From an uncultured Flavobacteriales bacterium (GTDB taxonomy: Bacteria > Bacteroidota > Bacteroidia > Flavobacteriales > BACL11), in NCBI GenBank assembly GCA_964004625.1, contig CAXFOB010000039.1, forward strand, positions 84,087-148,086: a DNA stretch of 64,000 nucleotides, given 5' to 3'. This document shows positions 1 to 9,193 of this stretch, one piece after another. A program made the translations under genes and the position numbers. Numbering within the stretch: the first letter of the stretch is position 1; every line of letters starts with the position of its first letter. A model generated the notes under the pieces. The model was not told the DNA's origin, made no database searches, and saw only the letters and a program-made list of their open reading frames with translations.

Positions 1-500
1 AAATAAGGTGTTTCCACCTCACAAAAACCTTGATTGTCTAGATATTTCCTGGTTTCAATAGACACTTTTGCTCTAAGCATTAAGTTTTCTTTTACGGGTT
101 TTCTTCTAATGTCTAAATACCTGTATTTCATTCTTAATTTGTCACCACCATCTGTTTCGTCTTCTATAGTAAATGGAGGTGTTTTTGATGCGTTTAGAAC
201 TATTAAATCGGATACTATAATTTCAATATCTCCTGTTGGAATACTTTTATTTTTAGAGCTCCGCTCAATAACAATTCCTGTTACTTTTATCACATATTCT
301 CTTCCTAACTTTCTTGCTTTTTCGCATAGGTCAGAGCTCTCATCCATATTGAATGTAAGTTGTGTAATTCCATATCTATCCCTTAAATCAATAAAGGTCA
401 TCCCTCCTAAATCTCTATTTTTTTGCACCCAACCGCTAAGTTGTACCTCTTCACCAATATTATTTATGTCTAACTCTCCGCAAGTATGTGTTCTTAACAT
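1..500 (-). CDS. aspS: aspartate--tRNA ligase, N-terminal part (gene continues beyond the left window edge)
   Basis: Absent from the ORF track because there is no in-window stop. The reverse complement from the ATG at 500..498 reads [48 protein letters not shown]..., a typical AspRS N-terminal OB-fold anticodon-binding domain. The 34..537 + ORF is its antisense shadow. Confidence 0.85.
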   Translation of the reverse strand, partial: MLRTHTCGELDINNIGEEVQLSGWVQKNRDLGGMTFIDLRDRYGITQLTFNMDESSDLCEKARKLGREYVIKVTGIVIERSSKNKSIPTGDIEIIVSDLIVLNASKTPPFTIEDETDGGDKLRMKYRYLDIRRKPVKENLMLRAKVSIETRKYLDNQGFCEVETPY

Positions 501-521
501 TTTATTTTCTATATTTGATTG

Positions 522-529
522 CAAAAATA
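522..529 (-). promoter_or_regulatory. -7 promoter box for aspS
   Basis: Exact match to the Bacteroidota sigma-A -7 element TAnnTTTG (TATTTTTG on the - strand). There are 21 nt between its G and the aspS ATG. Confidence 0.5.
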
Positions 530-543
530 CAAAATAGCTATCT

Positions 544-551
544 TATATTTG
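544..551 (+). promoter_or_regulatory. -7 promoter box for tadA (near-leaderless geometry)
   Basis: TATATTTG matches TAnnTTTG. Only 4 nt separate its G from the ATG at 556. A second exact box, TATATTTG, lies at 510..517. Confidence 0.5.
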
Positions 552-555
552 CAAA

Positions 556-1005
556 ATGGAAATAAATCCTTTCACAGACGAATATTTTATGAAAGAAGCT
601 TTGAAAGAAGCGGAAAAAGCAAATCATATAAACGAGATTCCTGTAGGAGCGGTGGTGGTGTGTGATAATCAGATTATTGCAAGGGCGCATAACTACACCG
701 AAGCTTTAAATGATGTAACTGCACATGCCGAGATGCAAGCCTTCACCTCAGCAGCTGATTTTTTAGGGGGAAAATATCTAGATGAATGCACATTATACGT
801 TACCTTAGAACCCTGCGTAATGTGTGCAGGAGCATCTTATTGGACTCAATTAAAGAAAATTGTGTTTGGTACATCAGAAGAAAAAAGAGGATTTTTAAGT
901 ATTAATGATAAAATTTTACACCCCAAAACTGAACTTGTAAAAGGAGTACTAGAAGAAGAATGTTCTAAATTATTAAAGGATTTCTTTAAAAAGAAAAGAC
1001 AATAA
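556..1005 (+). CDS. tadA: tRNA-specific adenosine deaminase (CMP/dCMP-type zinc deaminase)
   Basis: Zinc-ligand motifs HAEMQA and PCVMCAG. N-terminus FTDEYFMKEALKEAEKA...IPVGAVVV is typical of TadA. Length 149 aa. Confidence 0.9.
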   Translation: MEINPFTDEYFMKEALKEAEKANHINEIPVGAVVVCDNQIIARAHNYTEALNDVTAHAEMQAFTSAADFLGGKYLDECTLYVTLEPCVMCAGASYWTQLKKIVFGTSEEKRGFLSINDKILHPKTELVKGVLEEECSKLLKDFFKKKRQ

Positions 1006-1009
1006 ATCG

Positions 1010-1017
1010 TATTTTTG
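1010..1017 (+). promoter_or_regulatory. -7 promoter box for the bacilliredoxin-family gene
   Basis: TATTTTTG is an exact TAnnTTTG, with 22 nt between its G and the ATG at 1040. Confidence 0.5.
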
Positions 1018-1039
1018 CAATAGAATAAAAATTAAAATT

Positions 1040-1453
1040 ATGTATCCAGAAGAAATGTGTAAACCAATGAGAGAAGATTTAACTTCAGTTGGTTTTGTCG
1101 AAATGAAAACCCCAGAAGAAGTAGCGGACATCTTAAATAAGAAAGAAGGCACAGTATTAGTTATGGTGAATTCTGTTTGCGGTTGTGCTGCAGGAAATGC
1201 AAGACCAGCTGTAAAATTAGCATCTACATTTAGCCCTAAACCTGATGTGTTCGCTACAGTTTTTGCAGGGCAAGATGTTGGAGCTACTGCAAAAGCTAGA
1301 GAATATATGAGCCCTTTTCCTCCTTCATCTCCATCAATTGCTTTATTTAAAGATGGTCAATTAATTCATTTCATAGAAAGACATCATATTGAAGGAAGAT
1401 CCTCACAAATGATTGCAGATAATTTAAAGGACGCTTTTACTCAAGCTTGCTAG
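1040..1453 (+). CDS. BrxA/BrxB-type bacilliredoxin family protein (YphP/YqiW, DUF1094)
   Basis: 137 aa with the family redox motif VNSVCGCAAGNARP (CGC). Overall thioredoxin-like layout. Confidence 0.75.
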   Translation: MYPEEMCKPMREDLTSVGFVEMKTPEEVADILNKKEGTVLVMVNSVCGCAAGNARPAVKLASTFSPKPDVFATVFAGQDVGATAKAREYMSPFPPSSPSIALFKDGQLIHFIERHHIEGRSSQMIADNLKDAFTQAC

Positions 1454-1502
1454 ATAAATCTTTGAAAATTATTTAAATAAAAAAATTACTTAAAATTACT
1501 TT

Positions 1503-1527
1503 AAGGAGCTACTACCTCTCCTTTTTT
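1503..1527 (+). terminator. candidate intrinsic terminator after the bacilliredoxin gene
   Basis: AAGGAG (1503..1508) pairs with CTCCTT (1518..1523) around a 9-nt loop and is followed by a T-run. Confidence 0.5.
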
Positions 1528-1620
1528 CTGAGTATTTTTTATAAAAAGATTATTTGTCCTAGTTTTAATAAATTTTGTATCTTGCACCATTAAATATATA
1601 CACTAAAATAGTATTAAGAA

Positions 1621-4600
1621 ATGAAAAAATTACTACTTCTAGGATTTGCATTTATGATGTCGATTTGTACAATTAACACAAATGCGCAAACTATTTCGTC
1701 TGTTTCCACCACCTCCCCAATATTATGTTTTGGTGACATGGCTTCTATAAACGTTCAGGTGAATCAAACTAATCCACCCACTGTATTAAAAGTTATAGTT
1801 GGATATTATCTTTTTGGTACATTTATCCCAATTACCTCTACAAATAATACAACAGCAGTAAATATAAATGTTCCTGGATTAGCAGCTCAAACGTATACGA
1901 TTAGGATAGTAGATTCTGTAGATTATTATGCTACTAATCCTGATGGAAGTAATCCAAATTCAATTTATGATTTTACAACACTTAATATTACTCAACCACT
2001 TCAATTGTCTAATACGGCTGGTCAAGGCTCCACATTACTTTGTTATGCAGATTGTGACGCTCAAGTTAACATAAACCTGATGGGAGGGACCCCTCCTTAT
2101 TCCATTGCATTTGGTTCGGGTATTTCAACTACAATTTCAGCCTTTGACTCGCTATATTCCAACTTATGTGCTGGAAATTATAATATTGCAGTTACAGATG
2201 CTAATGGATGTCAAACAACTGGATCTTCCCCCACAAGTATTACAGTTTCAGAACCCTCACTACTGACACCAAATGGCAGTATTACATCTAACTGGAACGG
2301 CGAGGATATTAGTTGTTTTGGCGCATCAGATGGTGAAATTACAGCCTCTGTTTCTGGCGGTACTCCATCATATACTTATTCCTTAGATGGTATTACTTAC
2401 GGAAATTCTGCAGTTTTTTCTAATCTTTCCGCAGGGACATATACGGTTTATTATAGAGATGCAAACGGTTGCGACACTTCTGAACAGATAACATTAAATA
2501 ACCCTCCAGATTTATCAGGAGTTATTTCTATTACTACTCAAGTATCTTGTTTCGGAGTTTGTGATGGGGTATTAGATTTTCAAGTAGATAATATTTTAAC
2601 CGGAACAGCTCCTTATACTTATTCAATTAATGGTGGAGGTTTTCAGAACTCTAGTACTTTTACAGGGTTATGTGGAAACACAACATACTCCATCACGATA
2701 ATGGATGCCAATAATTGTACTTTTACGGCAAATACGTTTTTACCTGCTCCTACATCCGTTTCCTTTACCTATACAACATCTGATTATAATGGTTTTGACA
2801 TAAGTTGTAACGGATTTAGTGATGGAGAAATTTTATTTGACGCTCCTTCAGGAGGTCAACCCCCTTATTCTTATTCTGTAGATGGAGTCACTTTTAGTTC
2901 TAATATGTCTTTTACTGGTTTGTCTGCAGGAACATATAATGTTTCTGTCCAAGACGCTAATGGTTGTGTTAATACAATAGTAGTAAATCTAACAGAGCCA
3001 TTACCTTTTGCAATAAATTTCACAATAGATAATTTAGTAAGTTGTCCTGAAATTTGTGATGGGGAAATAAGCGTTATGCCTTCTAATGGAACAACTCCAA
3101 TTCTTTATGATTTAACAGGATATTCTACACAAACTTCACAGTCTTGGACAGGGTTGTGTGGAGACATAACTTTTGGATCATATAACTTAAGCGCTACTGA
3201 TGATAATGGATGTACCGCTTCAACAAATATTTCCTTATCCGAGCCTTTGCCATTTAATTACACTGTAGATTCTGTAACAGAAACGTGTAATCTAGTAAAC
3301 GGACAAGCTTCTATTTCAGTAACACAAGGAGGAACTATTCCATACGCATACTTATGGGATGATTTATCTGCACAAACAACTGCTACCGCTACTAATCTTT
3401 CTACAGGTATGTATGTTGTACGAGTTACAGATGCAAACGGATGTCAGTTTATAGAAGATATTTTTGTTCCTGAAGCAGCTATTACTTTAAGCTTTGATAG
3501 TATTCCTCCATGTAATGGAGGTGCTGATGGATCAGCTACAGTAAATCCAAATGGGACTCCACCTTATAATATTTTATGGGAGACCGGAGTAACTACTAAT
3601 ACCATAACAGGCTTAAACCCAGGATACTATACTGTAACAGTTTCAGACGCTACAGGTTGTGCGATTATTGATTCTGTAGAGGTTCCTGCGTCTGCTATTG
3701 TTTCAATGACATTAGATGTCCCAAATTCCACATTAAGTGTTTTATGTAATGGATTTCAATCAGATACTATTACAGTAATCGCTAATGGAGGAACCGGTCC
3801 TGGAACTTATCAATATTATATACCAGGGGTGTTTCCAATACCTCAATACAATAATATTTTTAGTGGATTATATGCTGGTACTTATGATGTTTTTGTTGAA
3901 GATGCAAATGGATGTACAGATGTTGTTTCTGTAACTATTACAGAACCAGATGTAATTTATTATTCAGCAACTTCTTCGGATGTGAGTTGTAATTCTGGTT
4001 CTGATGGATCTGTTTGGGTTGATTCAGTTTCTGGAGGTACCGCTCCTTATTTTTACTCATGGAATACAGCTCAGAATACATCTATAATTAATAATTTACC
4101 AGCAGGAACTTATACTGTTAGTGTAACAGATGTGAATAACTGTGCCTCTAACCCACAACAAGTTACGGTTGTTATTAATGAACCTTCGATTTTAACATCT
4201 AATATAAATATTATCAATCACTCTTCATGTGCTGGTAGTCAAACCGCTGCAAATGGTGAGGCTCAGGTAGTTGTTTCTGGAGGTTCTCCAGGATATAATT
4301 ATTCTTGGTCTACAGGTACAAATACAGATAATATTTCATTATTGTTTCCAGGAACATACACTGTTGATATAACTGATGCTAATGGGTGTATGATTACCGA
4401 TACAGCAGTTATAAATTCTGGAACAAATCCTATTTTGGATGTAACAGTACAAAATGTTTCTTGTTATGGAGCAAATGACGGTATGATGATTACATCTGCT
4501 GCTTCTGGAACTGCTCCATATCAGTTTTCTTCTGATGGAGGTAATACATTTGTTCCGCTAGGAACACCATTTGGACCTTCTGGAGAAGCATCTTACTTTA

Positions 4601-7600
4601 TTACTGTTGTTGATGCGGAGGGATGTACGGATTCAGACTCTATTTTTGTAAACGAACCGGATGAATTAGTCATTACATCTTTAACAGTACAAAATGTACT
4701 TTGTTATGATAGTGCAAATGGAGAAATTACAGCAAATGTTTCTGGAGGTACCGGAAGTTATTCTTATTTATGGAATAATGGACAAACCTCAAATCCTGCA
4801 CTAAACTTAATGCCTTCTACTTATAATGTTGTGGTAACTGACTCAATGGGTTGTAATACTAGTTCATTAAATGAAAATATTACTCAACCAGATAGTTTGT
4901 CTATTTTTAATATATCTATTACAAATGTTAGTTGTAATGGAGGATCTGATGGGACTGCTATTTCTAATGTTACAGGAGGGACCCCAAATTATACTTATAT
5001 CTGGAGCGGAGGGTCTGATACAAATTTAACCGCAGGAACTTACACCTCAACAATTACGGATGCTAATGGTTGTGTAACCACAAAGGATTTTACAATCACT
5101 GAACCATCTTCAATTTCAGTTCAGTTTATAAGAGATTCAGTAGTTTGTTTAGGTGGTGATGATGGGATGGCAACAGCGATTGTTACTGGTGGGACAGGAT
5201 TATATAACTTATTATGGAGTGATGGAAGTACTACTAATATGGTAAATACTTTTAATGCGGGTTATCATACTTTAACTGTAACAGATGCAAACAATTGTGT
5301 GTTTGTAGACTCTGTAGAGATTTTAGAACCATCGCAATCTATAGAGATAGATTCTTTAATTGTATCTGCTATCACGTGTAATAATGCAAACAATGCTTCC
5401 ATAACAGTGCTAGCTACAGGAGGTCAATTGCCATATGTTTACTCAAATACAAATGGAGTATTTACACAAAATGGAATATCCTTTATCAATCTTTCTCCTA
5501 ATCAATATATAATGTATGTTAGAGATATTAGAGGTTGTATAGATAGAGATACAATAGTAATTACACAACCAGACTCTTTGTATATTGACAGTACAGTCTT
5601 TTCTCATATTACTTGTAATGGAGCGAATGATGGCCAGATTTTAGCGATTGACGCTTATGGAGGCACGCCTCCTTATTTATATTCTGTAAATGGAGGAGCG
5701 TACCATACAAATATGGCTTATTTCCATTCTTATGGTCCGGGTACTTATACCGTACAGGTCGTAGATGCTAATAATTGTTCTGCACAAGACATAATTATTA
5801 TTGAAGAACCAGATGTATTAGATGTCTCTATTACTACATCATTATGGAATGGATATGAAATTAGATGTAATGGAGACAACTCTGGCACAGCTTCAATTTC
5901 AATAAATGGAGGAAACGGACCGTATATTAAAACAGTGTATGATGCATCTAATAATATATTTTATACGGGAACATCAAACTCTATTACAGGTTTGTTGGCC
6001 GGAATATATACATTTGAAATTACTGATGATAATGGATGCGTACATCAAGAAGTATTAAGCTATCAAGAACCAACAGCTATATCTCATAACTTTGTTATTG
6101 ATCATATTACCTGTACTGGATGGACAAATGGATCTATTACCTGGAATGGTTCTGGAGGGGTTGGATCATCAACAACATATTCTTACTTATGGAACACTGG
6201 AGACACAACTTATTCATTAGGTAATATTGGAGTTGGTAATTATGATATTACTGTAACAGATGAAAATCAATGTTCTTCTAGTGCTACTGCTGTTGTAAAT
6301 GGAAATAGTGTTCTTTCTACTTCTGTTGGAACGACACTGGACCCAACGTGCTGGAACTATTGTGATGGAGAAATTACTATAAATGTAACAGGAGGGGTTC
6401 CTAATATAAATGGTGCAGGAACTTCTATGTATAATTACCAATGGAATGATGTGTTAGCTCAAACTACACAAACTGCAATTGGTTTATGTGTAGATGATGT
6501 TACAAACTCATCTACATTCATATGTGTAGTCACAGACGCTTTAGGATGCACTACAACCGAAACACATATATTGTCACAACCAGAAGAATTTGAGATTTCA
6601 ATTTGGCAAACAGATGATATTTCTTGTTATGGAGGAAGTAATGGTTCATTATCTGTTTCAACTACTGGTGGAAATGCAGGTAATGTAACTTATACATGGA
6701 ACACTGGACAATCTTCTCCCCAAACTTCTATTAATAATTTATCGGCAGCAACTTATGTTGTTGTTGCTACTGATGCTTTAGGTTGTATGGACACAACAGA
6801 TTATACAGTTTCTCAGCCTAATGAATTAGTATCGAATATTGCAGAAGTTGATATTTCAGATGTTTTATGTTTTGGAGAATCAACAGGAGAAATAAAAGTT
6901 ACTGTTGTAGGAGGTTCTGTTAATGTAAATGATCAATACACTTATTCTTGGACTCCAAATATTGGAAATGCAACTTCTTCCTATGATTTTGGTACTAGTA
7001 TTGGAACGGGAACATTATCAGATTTAGACACCGGAATATATCAAGTTACAGTAACAGATATTAATAATTGTACCTCAACTTCTAATATGGTATATGTTGC
7101 TCAACCAACAAATCCATTAAGTATTTTTACAGACTCTACAGATAAAACTTGTTTAACAGAAGGAACTGCAACAGCTTATGTATTAGGTGGTACACCAACA
7201 TATAATTATTTATGGACTCCTGGAGGACAAACTACATCTACCGCAACAGATTTAATTCCAAATACTACTTATACTGTTGAGGTGACGGATGAAAATGGAT
7301 GTACCATATCTGACCAAACTCATATTAATGGACATATGAATATATTCTTACCAAATAATGATGATGTTTTTGATACAACTATCTGTTTTGGGAAATCAGT
7401 ATTTATTGATGTAGAAGATAAACCGAATCATTTATATGTTTGGACATATAATAATGAAAGTGAGATAATTTCTAATTCATCTTCTATAACTTTGAGTCCT
7501 GATGCAGGAATAAATAATTATACTTTAACGATTACAGATTTAGCAAATTGTCCAAATGACCCATTTAGTGTTAGCGCTTCAATTACGGTAAATCAATTAG

Positions 7601-8088
7601 ATATAAATCCGGTTGCAACTCCAAATCCTATTGTGTTAGGTGAGCCTACTACAATTGAATCTTCATATAACTATTCTAGCTTTATATGGTCATGGGACAA
7701 TGAAGTAGATTCGAGTAATTCTATTACAGATTACCCAGAAGTTTCTACTACTTATTATGTAATTGCCACAGATGCTATTGGATGTCAAGGAGAAGCCTCA
7801 GTTTATGTTGTTGTAGGAGCGGTTCCTTATGACGCATTTTCTCCAAATGGAGATGGATATAATGAAGAGTGGGAGATTTTAGACATTGATAGATACCCAG
7901 GTGCTGAAGTGAAGATATTTAATAGATGGGGAACTTTAATATTTAGTTCGACAGGAGCAGATTATAAGAATAATAAATGGAATGGTGAATATGAAGGTAA
8001 ACCATTACCAGTAGGGACATATTACTATACTATTAACCAAAATGATGGCTCAGATTTGCAAACTGGAGCTGTTACTATTGTAAGATAA
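1621..8088 (+). CDS. giant secreted SprB-repeat surface protein with a T9SS type-B C-terminal sorting domain
   Basis: Signal peptide MKKLLLLGFAFMMSICTINTNAQ. At least 22 tandem Cys-framed repeats (C-x-G-x-x-DG ... GGTxPYxYxW ... DANGC). C-terminus AFSPNGDGYNEEWEI..IFNRWGTLIF..WNGEY..PLPVGTYYY is typical of the gliding-motility-associated (type-B) CTD. Confidence 0.9.
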   Translation: MKKLLLLGFAFMMSICTINTNAQTISSVSTTSPILCFGDMASINVQVNQTNPPTVLKVIVGYYLFGTFIPITSTNNTTAVNINVPGLAAQTYTIRIVDSVDYYATNPDGSNPNSIYDFTTLNITQPLQLSNTAGQGSTLLCYADCDAQVNINLMGGTPPYSIAFGSGISTTISAFDSLYSNLCAGNYNIAVTDANGCQTTGSSPTSITVSEPSLLTPNGSITSNWNGEDISCFGASDGEITASVSGGTPSYTYSLDGITYGNSAVFSNLSAGTYTVYYRDANGCDTSEQITLNNPPDLSGVISITTQVSCFGVCDGVLDFQVDNILTGTAPYTYSINGGGFQNSSTFTGLCGNTTYSITIMDANNCTFTANTFLPAPTSVSFTYTTSDYNGFDISCNGFSDGEILFDAPSGGQPPYSYSVDGVTFSSNMSFTGLSAGTYNVSVQDANGCVNTIVVNLTEPLPFAINFTIDNLVSCPEICDGEISVMPSNGTTPILYDLTGYSTQTSQSWTGLCGDITFGSYNLSATDDNGCTASTNISLSEPLPFNYTVDSVTETCNLVNGQASISVTQGGTIPYAYLWDDLSAQTTATATNLSTGMYVVRVTDANGCQFIEDIFVPEAAITLSFDSIPPCNGGADGSATVNPNGTPPYNILWETGVTTNTITGLNPGYYTVTVSDATGCAIIDSVEVPASAIVSMTLDVPNSTLSVLCNGFQSDTITVIANGGTGPGTYQYYIPGVFPIPQYNNIFSGLYAGTYDVFVEDANGCTDVVSVTITEPDVIYYSATSSDVSCNSGSDGSVWVDSVSGGTAPYFYSWNTAQNTSIINNLPAGTYTVSVTDVNNCASNPQQVTVVINEPSILTSNINIINHSSCAGSQTAANGEAQVVVSGGSPGYNYSWSTGTNTDNISLLFPGTYTVDITDANGCMITDTAVINSGTNPILDVTVQNVSCYGANDGMMITSAASGTAPYQFSSDGGNTFVPLGTPFGPSGEASYFITVVDAEGCTDSDSIFVNEPDELVITSLTVQNVLCYDSANGEITANVSGGTGSYSYLWNNGQTSNPALNLMPSTYNVVVTDSMGCNTSSLNENITQPDSLSIFNISITNVSCNGGSDGTAISNVTGGTPNYTYIWSGGSDTNLTAGTYTSTITDANGCVTTKDFTITEPSSISVQFIRDSVVCLGGDDGMATAIVTGGTGLYNLLWSDGSTTNMVNTFNAGYHTLTVTDANNCVFVDSVEILEPSQSIEIDSLIVSAITCNNANNASITVLATGGQLPYVYSNTNGVFTQNGISFINLSPNQYIMYVRDIRGCIDRDTIVITQPDSLYIDSTVFSHITCNGANDGQILAIDAYGGTPPYLYSVNGGAYHTNMAYFHSYGPGTYTVQVVDANNCSAQDIIIIEEPDVLDVSITTSLWNGYEIRCNGDNSGTASISINGGNGPYIKTVYDASNNIFYTGTSNSITGLLAGIYTFEITDDNGCVHQEVLSYQEPTAISHNFVIDHITCTGWTNGSITWNGSGGVGSSTTYSYLWNTGDTTYSLGNIGVGNYDITVTDENQCSSSATAVVNGNSVLSTSVGTTLDPTCWNYCDGEITINVTGGVPNINGAGTSMYNYQWNDVLAQTTQTAIGLCVDDVTNSSTFICVVTDALGCTTTETHILSQPEEFEISIWQTDDISCYGGSNGSLSVSTTGGNAGNVTYTWNTGQSSPQTSINNLSAATYVVVATDALGCMDTTDYTVSQPNELVSNIAEVDISDVLCFGESTGEIKVTVVGGSVNVNDQYTYSWTPNIGNATSSYDFGTSIGTGTLSDLDTGIYQVTVTDINNCTSTSNMVYVAQPTNPLSIFTDSTDKTCLTEGTATAYVLGGTPTYNYLWTPGGQTTSTATDLIPNTTYTVEVTDENGCTISDQTHINGHMNIFLPNNDDVFDTTICFGKSVFIDVEDKPNHLYVWTYNNESEIISNSSSITLSPDAGINNYTLTITDLANCPNDPFSVSASITVNQLDINPVATPNPIVLGEPTTIESSYNYSSFIWSWDNEVDSSNSITDYPEVSTTYYVIATDAIGCQGEASVYVVVGAVPYDAFSPNGDGYNEEWEILDIDRYPGAEVKIFNRWGTLIFSSTGADYKNNKWNGEYEGKPLPVGTYYYTINQNDGSDLQTGAVTIVR
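1990..7320 (+). repeat. array of at least 22 diverged SprB-type protein repeats (about 75-80 aa each) inside the 1621..8088 CDS
   Basis: Repeat-closing motifs counted by eye: VTDANGC, YRDANGC, IMDANNC, VQDANGC, ATDDNGC, VTDANGC, VSDATGC, VEDANGC, VTDVNNC, ITDANGC, VVDAEGC, VTDSMGC, ITDANGC, VTDANNC, VRDIRGC, VVDANNC, ITDDNGC, VTDENQC, VTDALGC, ATDALGC, VTDINNC, VTDENGC. The units are diverged at the DNA level. Boundaries are approximate. Confidence 0.8.
7801..8085 (+). other. T9SS type-B C-terminal sorting domain region of the giant protein
   Basis: VVGAVPYDAFSPNGDGYNEEWEILDIDRYPGAEVKIFNRWGTLIFSS...WNGEYEGKPLPVGTYYYTI...GAVTIVR. Boundaries are approximate. Confidence 0.75.
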
Positions 8089-8095
8089 ATTTAAA

Positions 8096-9013
8096 ATGAT
8101 GATGAAAAAAATAAGTCTATTATTTGTGTCAATTTTTATGGGAAGCATGTTGTACGCCCAACAGATTCCTCAATTGTCACAATTTATGATAAATGATTTT
8201 GCTATAAATCCAGCAATTGCAGGTATGAACGATTATTATCAGATTAAGACATCTGTAAGAAATCAATGGGTCGGCATTAATGATGCTCCAAAAACTACTT
8301 TATTAAGTATTTATGGTAGATCTTCTGATCATGTTGGATTAGGGGGGTTAGTTTTTAACGACCAGGTTGGCCCTACTAGTAGAGCTGGAGCTTCATTAAC
8401 CTATGCGTATAATTTTAATTTATCTGAAACTATTAAATTATCCTTAGCTCTATCGGGAGGATTTACACAGTTTAAAATTGATAAGGAAGGTTGGAATCTA
8501 GCAAATCCAAACGACCCTTTAATGATTGGAGGTGAAATTGTAAATTTAGTTCCTGATGCAACTTTTGGATTAAATATGTATAGTGAAGATAAATGGTATC
8601 TTGGAGCTTCTGTACCGCAATTATTAAATAGTGAATTAACTTTAACAGATATAGATACAGTGACTTTAGATGCTAGTTTAGCGCGTCACATCAATGTTCT
8701 TGGTATGTATAATATAAAAGTGAGTCATTATTGGGACATTCAACCATCTGTATTGTTTAAAACTGTTTCTAATCAGTCTCAGATTGATATAGGATTAAAA
8801 ACTGTTTATAATGATAAATTTTGGATGGGGATGGACTATAGAAACAATGGAGATATTTCCGCATTATTAGGGTTTAATATACAAGATAGATATATGTTAG
8901 GGTATTCTTATGACATTCCTAATTCAGATATAAATAGCTATACTTCAGGTTCTCATGAGTTTATGTTTGGAATTACGTTTAAACCTTCAACAGAGAATCA
9001 GATACTGAGATAA
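8096..9013 (+). CDS. PorP/SprF-family type IX secretion system membrane protein
   Basis: Signal peptide followed by QQIPQLSQFMINDFAINPAIAG, the characteristic PorP/SprF N-terminus. About 300 aa with beta-barrel-like alternation. Lies 7 nt downstream of the type-B CTD cargo gene. Any of the three ATGs at 8096, 8099 or 8102 could be the start. Confidence 0.85.
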   Translation: MMMKKISLLFVSIFMGSMLYAQQIPQLSQFMINDFAINPAIAGMNDYYQIKTSVRNQWVGINDAPKTTLLSIYGRSSDHVGLGGLVFNDQVGPTSRAGASLTYAYNFNLSETIKLSLALSGGFTQFKIDKEGWNLANPNDPLMIGGEIVNLVPDATFGLNMYSEDKWYLGASVPQLLNSELTLTDIDTVTLDASLARHINVLGMYNIKVSHYWDIQPSVLFKTVSNQSQIDIGLKTVYNDKFWMGMDYRNNGDISALLGFNIQDRYMLGYSYDIPNSDINSYTSGSHEFMFGITFKPSTENQILR

Positions 9014-9032
9014 AGTATAAAAATATATAAAT

Positions 9033-9064
9033 AAAAAAGCCCTTTATCCAGAAGGGCTTTTTTT
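9033..9064. terminator. bidirectional intrinsic terminator between the convergent sprF-like and hemW genes
   Basis: AAAAAGCCCTT (9034..9044) pairs with AAGGGCTTTTT (9052..9062) around the loop TATCCAG. An A-run lies upstream and a T-run downstream. Confidence 0.8.
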
Positions 9065-9193
9065 ATGTTGTACGATTAATCTGAGAAAGAAATGTACAAC
9101 CCAAAACAAGTATTACGACCAGTACAAACTTACAACTATAACTTATGTTTGAAAGTGTTTGAAAATCAAGTTATAAACAGAAAAATGTTAAAA

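Noticed and set aside
34-537. 167-aa ORF on the + strand, the first entry of the ORF track
   Set aside because: It is the antisense shadow of aspS, which reads clearly on the - strand from the ATG at 500. The peptide is low-complexity and hydrophobic with no family resemblance, and it runs through the aspS promoter spacer.
1990-7320. SprB repeat array as a DNA-level tandem repeat or recombination/phase-variation hotspot
   Set aside because: The units are conserved mainly at the motif level. By eye the nucleotide sequences of different units differ throughout and I saw no long identical stretches. A dot-plot would be needed to exclude short identical tracts.
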